64,000 bases of DNA, taken from Pelagomonas calceolata. Lineage: Eukaryota. Under the pieces are notes generated by a model. The model did no database searches and was not told the DNA's origin. It worked only from the letters and a program-made list of their open reading frames with translations. Shown in pieces: positions 61,843 through 64,000 of the stretch (positions are counted from its first letter, which is position 1; each line of letters opens with the position of its first letter). The stretch spans positions 4,960,001 through 5,024,000 of the forward strand of contig CAKKNE010000005.1 in NCBI GenBank assembly GCA_918797485.1. Direction: 5' to 3'. Made by a program: the position numbers and the translations under genes.

Positions 61843-62040
61843 GGTTGCGGCGCGCAGCGGTTGCAGCACAGTGTCTGGGAGAGCGGTGAGTGCTTAAGCG
61901 CTGAGGAGTGTAGGACTGCTCGAAAAAGCACGGCAGTGCTGCTTGCACAGCGAATGCGCCACGTTTATGTGGTCAAACCGTGCCAGTCGTGCGCGCAGCC
62001 GCTTTATCGCCTGCAATCGAGTCTGTCTTGCAAGGGATCC

Positions 62041-62063
62041 CTAGTGTCTTACAGGCCGCTAGC
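62041..62063 (+). promoter_or_regulatory. CTAG-TGTCTTAC intergenic motif copy
   Basis: CTAGTGTCTTACAGGCCGCTAGC. Confidence 0.8.
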
Positions 62064-62133
62064 GATTCCTAAACGCGCCAGAGTCCTGAAAGCCGCGCCC
62101 CGGAGCGGTACCCCCTCAACTGCGTTGGAGCTT

Positions 62134-62157
62134 GCTAGTGCCTTACAGGCCGCTAGC
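62134..62157 (+). promoter_or_regulatory. CTAG-TGTCTTAC intergenic motif copy (second in same spacer)
   Basis: GCTAGTGCCTTACAGGCCGCTAGC. Confidence 0.78.
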
Positions 62158-62520
62158 TTCCCAAGCTTTTTAACTTGTTTGCAGGCACGGCGCCGCAGAA
62201 GCTAAATACCCGCACGTTAGGCAATTTGGGCCCTCCCTCCAATCTCGATGGGGGCACCTCCGTGGCAAGCTAGTGTCGTCGTGTGCTTAGGATCCCCCTG
62301 GGACCCAACAGGCCTAGTTTCGGGACCCCTGGGCCTAGTTTCGCCGCGCCCGTCCAAATCACCTGCACTCTTTGCCAGAGTCTTTGGCTCACCCTTGACG
62401 GGTTTTCCACCCTACCCTCACCCGCACCCTTCTCCCAGACTGGGCACCCTTCACCCTTACCCTCGACGGGTAAACGCGGGTAAAAGGGTGCCACCCTTGC
62501 CCTTTTGCTGCCCTGCGCGC

Positions 62521-63189
62521 ATGCCGTCGCCACCACGACCCGACGTCGACATCGAGGGCTCCGACGCGGAACTAGAACGGACCATGTGCACGCCGGTCCA
62601 GCGCCACGCGCCGGCGCGCGACGCGCCCTGGTCGGCGCCGGGCGCGGTGTTCAGGCCCATCTGCGCGAGCCCGCTCACGCCGCCCAACGCGACGTCGGAG
62701 ATCAACCGCCACGCGGCGCGCCACGCGGTCGAGTGCTATGTGGTTTATGGCGCGAAGCTCGCGGCGCGGCGCGGCGGCAAAGGCCCTTTTTCGCCCGGCG
62801 CCGCGGCCGTCGCCGCGGCGCGCGCGAAGTGCCGCCTGCTCTGCCGCGAGGCCGGGACGCGCCGCGCGTTACGACGGCAGCTCGTCAAGGCCGTCGACGC
62901 GCGGCGCGGCAAGGAGTCGCGCGCCAATGGGCTTCTGAGGGAGCTCCTCTCAGAATTACGGGAGCTGGACGGCATCGGCTCGCCGGAGCCGTGCACGCCG
63001 TTCTCGCCGAAGCGGATGAACTTGCGGGGCGCCGTGCGCGTGCCCCTGCCGCCTTCCGAAATTGATCGAGTTGGCGCCGAATTGAGTGAGATGCGAGGCG
63101 GGCTGTCGCGGCGGGACGTCGGGATCGCGGTCGTCGTCGCCGGGCTCGGGGCATTGACGCTCGCGGCGACGACAGTTTTCGGCGCATAA
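62521..63189 (+). CDS. Hypothetical tail-anchored protein
   Basis: ATG 62521; C-terminal hydrophobic VGIAVVVAGLGALTLAATTVFGA. Confidence 0.6.
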   Translation: MPSPPRPDVDIEGSDAELERTMCTPVQRHAPARDAPWSAPGAVFRPICASPLTPPNATSEINRHAARHAVECYVVYGAKLAARRGGKGPFSPGAAAVAAARAKCRLLCREAGTRRALRRQLVKAVDARRGKESRANGLLRELLSELRELDGIGSPEPCTPFSPKRMNLRGAVRVPLPPSEIDRVGAELSEMRGGLSRRDVGIAVVVAGLGALTLAATTVFGA

Positions 63190-63239
63190 CCTTTTTGTTT
63201 TGGTGACCTGTCGCCGCGATGGCGTCGAGGAGTCGCTCG

Positions 63240-63263
63240 GCTAGTGTCTTACAGGCCGCTAGC
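63240..63263 (+). promoter_or_regulatory. CTAG-TGTCTTAC intergenic motif copy
   Basis: GCTAGTGTCTTACAGGCCGCTAGC; 273 bp upstream of BET3 ATG. Confidence 0.8.
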
Positions 63264-63535
63264 TAGCTGTGCGGCGCGCTCATTTTACACGAGGAGCAAT
63301 CGTCGAGCAGCAGTAGTGCTCTCGCGAACGCCATCTATCAGTACTGAAGCCCTGCGCCCCGCCGCAACGACGTCGCGCAGCTAGGCAAGCAGACAGGCAG
63401 ACACAGCCAGCACAAAAGCAGCAAAAAGCAGCATCCTCGTGCCGCGGGCCGGGGTTCCCGCTTGACATCAGCAAAAGGCAGCAAAAGCCTGCGCGAGAAC
63501 CAGGCACCGCTCGACGGCCACAAAAAGCAGCACCC

Positions 63536-64000
63536 ATGGCCCAGCAGACGCCGACCTCCAACAGCGTCAAAGCCTTACGGGCAAGAGGCGACCAGGTCTG
63601 GGCGCGCATGCCGAAATGCAACGCCGAGTTCTTCCGCTTGACGTATGGTGCTTTAGTGGTGCAACTGGTCGAGGACTGCGATGATATCAAAGAAGTGAAC
63701 GACAAACTCCTTTCTATGGGGGTGTCTATCGGTACTCGTATAATAGACGAGTTCCTCGCCAAGAGCAACCAAAGGGAGCCGTGCAAATCCTTCGAGGAGA
63801 CCTGCGAGGTCGTCGGGCGCGTCGCCTTCAAGATGTTTTTAGGGGTCGAGGCCGATGTGAGGAATTGGAACGAGGATAAATCAAGGTGTTCGCTCGTGTT
63901 CCCCGAGAACCCCCTGAACGAGAACGTGGAGCTGCCGCCGGGCAAGAACTTCCTCTACTCAAATATTATTTGCGGCGCGATTCGAGGCGCCTTGGAGCAG
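63536..64000 (+). CDS. BET3: TRAPP complex subunit Bet3/TRAPPC3, runs off the right edge
   Basis: Hand translation (absent from the ORF track): NAEFFRLTYGALVVQLVED..EVNDKLLSMGVSIGTRIIDEFLAKS..AFKMFLG..ENPLNENVELP..YSNIICGAIRGALEQ. Confidence 0.93.
   Translation, partial: MAQQTPTSNSVKALRARGDQVWARMPKCNAEFFRLTYGALVVQLVEDCDDIKEVNDKLLSMGVSIGTRIIDEFLAKSNQREPCKSFEETCEVVGRVAFKMFLGVEADVRNWNEDKSRCSLVFPENPLNENVELPPGKNFLYSNIICGAIRGALEQ

Noticed and set aside
62400..62510. Telomeric repeat
   Set aside because: CCCT-rich but with no regular tandem unit, and genes continue on both sides.
4587..63263. The CTAG motif as a MITE, Helitron end or tRNA/snRNA fragment
   Set aside because: No shared flanks, TSD, subterminal hairpin or cloverleaf; strict promoter-side placement argues against random insertion, though a transposon origin is not excluded.
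63280..63945. 221-aa minus-strand ORF
   Set aside because: Antisense shadow of BET3, which is on the plus strand and runs off the window.
1..64000. Autonomous transposase, rRNA or tRNA genes
   Set aside because: No DDE/RT motifs or structural RNA signatures recognised by eye; a covariance-model scan would be needed to exclude small RNAs.

Overview
Gene-dense, very GC/CpG-rich eukaryotic nuclear DNA with about 40 mostly intron-poor genes and short intergenic spacers. Bipartite plastid presequences, a nuclear psaF and TIR-bounded introner-type introns point to a pelagophyte alga (Pelagomonas/Aureococcus-like; inference). Recognisable genes: ERCC1, an XPA-like gene head-to-head with it, ICME-like esterase, Mpv17, sarcosine/pipecolate oxidase, GT8, a Nol9/Grc3 pseudogene, an Hsp110-TPR fusion, a JmjC-sulfotransferase-like fusion, RPP30, DUF1995, a plastid phosphate translocator, CRAL-TRIO, PsaF, a CM1 protein, NFU, glyoxalase II, NUF2, a nucleoside hydrolase-like gene, MYND-TPR, a pore-less voltage-sensor/ankyrin/BAG-like protein, ACADS and BET3. 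Three non-coding systems stand out. (1) A 22-25 bp motif, CTAGTGTCTTACwggccGCTAGC, occurs 15 times clearly plus about 3 degenerate copies. It is only intergenic and usually sits at the centre of divergent promoters, often about 165-200 bp from each ATG; it is a candidate genome-wide bidirectional promoter or nucleosome-organising element. (2) Eight introner-type introns, mostly with 8-bp target-site duplications, splice in either element orientation. (3) A 142-bp x ~12 tandem array supplies the stop codon of a Myb/CW-finger gene. All product calls come from remembered motifs, not database searches.
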